Source of the DNA: Octopus sinensis
Lineage: Eukaryota
DNA length: 64,000 bases
NCBI RefSeq assembly: GCF_006345805.1
Contig: NC_042998.1
Coordinates: forward strand, 206,956,001-207,020,000
Direction: 5' to 3'
The translations under genes and the position numbers were made by a program. How positions within the stretch are numbered: the stretch's first letter is position 1; each line of letters opens with the position of its first letter. Below are positions 62,461 to 64,000 of this stretch, piece by piece. The notes beneath the pieces were generated by a model. The model did no database searches. It saw nothing but the letters and a program-made list of their open reading frames with translations, and was not told where the DNA came from.

Positions 62461-64000
62461 TTAAGTTGGCTATAAAGATTACCACTAAGGTCTTAACTCT
62501 TTTGATACCAGCCTGCTTAAGACTCCCTTGCTTCAATCCTTCTTGTAATGTCTCTAGGACTTAGGGTATGACTAGAGGCAGGTTTGGTATCTTTTTCTAG
62601 CAGGTTGAATCAATGTTACAAGGGTTTCCTCAGTATTGTTCTTAGACTGTTAATCAGTCATTCATTGCTTGCAGACATGGCTGTGTGGTTATGTTTGCTT
62701 CCCAACCACATGGTCTCAGGTTCAATCCCACTGCCTGGTATCAGGCCAGGGTCAACCAAAGTCTTGAGTGGATTTCGTGGATGGAAACTGAAAGAAGCCC
62801 ATTGTGTCTGTGTGTACACACACACACACATACACTGGGCTGTTGCAGTCATGATCATGAAATTGAGGTTTCAATTCCTGTACTGGGTGGTGCATTGTGT
62901 TCTGTTGCTCTGTGATCACTTCGATGCCTGACATGTGGAATACCATGCTCCTGTATAAGTGATGTCCGTTTGATGGAAGCCCAAAACATTTCATCACTTG
63001 AGACAAATACTTTGTGCTGGTGGTTCGTCAATGAATTGCAGGACCATTTTGCTCTTGAACTGCAAGATGCTACTATTAGCCTGAGAGATAGAATGAACTA
63101 AACAGATCAAGGGGAGATACATGGGATGGAGAGCTGCTGAAGAGGTCACAGGAGGTGTGATGAAAGATTTCCAGACAAAGGACATAGAATAGGAATTGTA
63201 ATAAATCTGAAATGAAGACCGGATATGTTATGTGTGTGTGTTTATTTGACAAGAAAAAAAAAAGAAAGGAATGACCAACCTGAAGTATAACATATATAAA
63301 CATCCTGTCATCGTCAGTCAGTGTTTTAAATCCAGGTTTTGTCTCTGTTAACAGGGATGGTTGGTTCTACCTTAATGCCATAGCAACCAAGGTACGCAGG
63401 TGCAGTCCACCCCAATCTTTAGGTTGGCTGGTGCCCATTCTCCTTTGCTATCATGAGGCCTTTTTGGAGCTGGATTTTCTCTGGAGAGCATGCCCTTACT
63501 TATCCCCATCCTCTGTTTCTAGACATGAGTGGTGCTGAGACCATGATTTTTAAGAAATGTGGAAAATTTACTCAGGAGGGCAAGGATGCTACTCCCTGAG
63601 ACCCCTTTCAGAGAACCCCTACCCTGTACACTGTGTAAAGTGGTTGGTGTTAGGAATGGCATCCAGCTCTAGAAACTATGCCAAAGCAGCCTGGAGCTTG
63701 GTGTGGTCCCCCTGGCTTACCAGCTCCTGTCAAACCATCCAACCCATGCCAGCATGAAAGACAGATGTTAAATGATGGTATATACGTTTTTTGGGGGGTG
63801 GGGGTTGTTTTTAATCGTTGGTCGACAGTATTGCAGAAACAGTAACTGAACCACCTCTGCTGTACCAAGGCTGCTTCCAAAAGCAAGTGCCAAATCTCAA
63901 GTACACTCACACCTCTCCACCCATGGCTGCATCACAAACGAAAGACAAACCAATAAGTTTGCAGCATAGAAAGAGCTGCAAGAGATGCCAAATATTGGTT

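Noticed and set aside
63355-63391. AG/GT-bounded segment as TBC1D15 exon 3
   Set aside because: It has a stop in the required phase-0 frame and no similarity to the expected ..VIVDWRP.. segment; exon 3 probably lies beyond the window.

Overview
AT-rich, repeat-saturated animal genomic DNA, most likely an octopus or other coleoid cephalopod (judged from the SINE families; inference). Two spliced genes are arranged head-to-head. On the minus strand is Rab21: coding exon 1 at 49372-49527 and the 60-nt exon 2 at 3794-3853, separated by a 45.5-kb intron; later exons lie left of the window. On the plus strand is a TBC1D15/17-like RabGAP: 18-nt coding exon 1 (MASSDK) at 51304-51321 and 99-nt exon 2 at 57297-57395. 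Their start codons are about 1.8 kb apart, with CRE-like and CCAAT motifs between them. The rest is intronic. It holds tRNA-derived and CORE SINEs, an RTE-related (GAT)n-tailed SINE-like family, and 3' fragments of RTE, CR1/L2-like and Tx1-like LINEs. It also holds mariner remnants, non-autonomous Helitrons, piggyBac/hAT/TA-type MITEs and micro/minisatellites. Nearly all ORFs in the supplied track are spurious. The most interesting observations are five minimal Penelope-type hammerhead motifs (one inside a tRNA-headed SINE), several long fold-back structures in the Rab21 intron, a Cys at the conserved switch-I Phe of Rab21, and a Rab21-TBC1D15 linkage also present in human. Others are a pre-miRNA-like hairpin and an almost intact tRNA-Gly fused to a LINE-type tail. 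Repeat boundaries are approximate and identities were estimated by eye.
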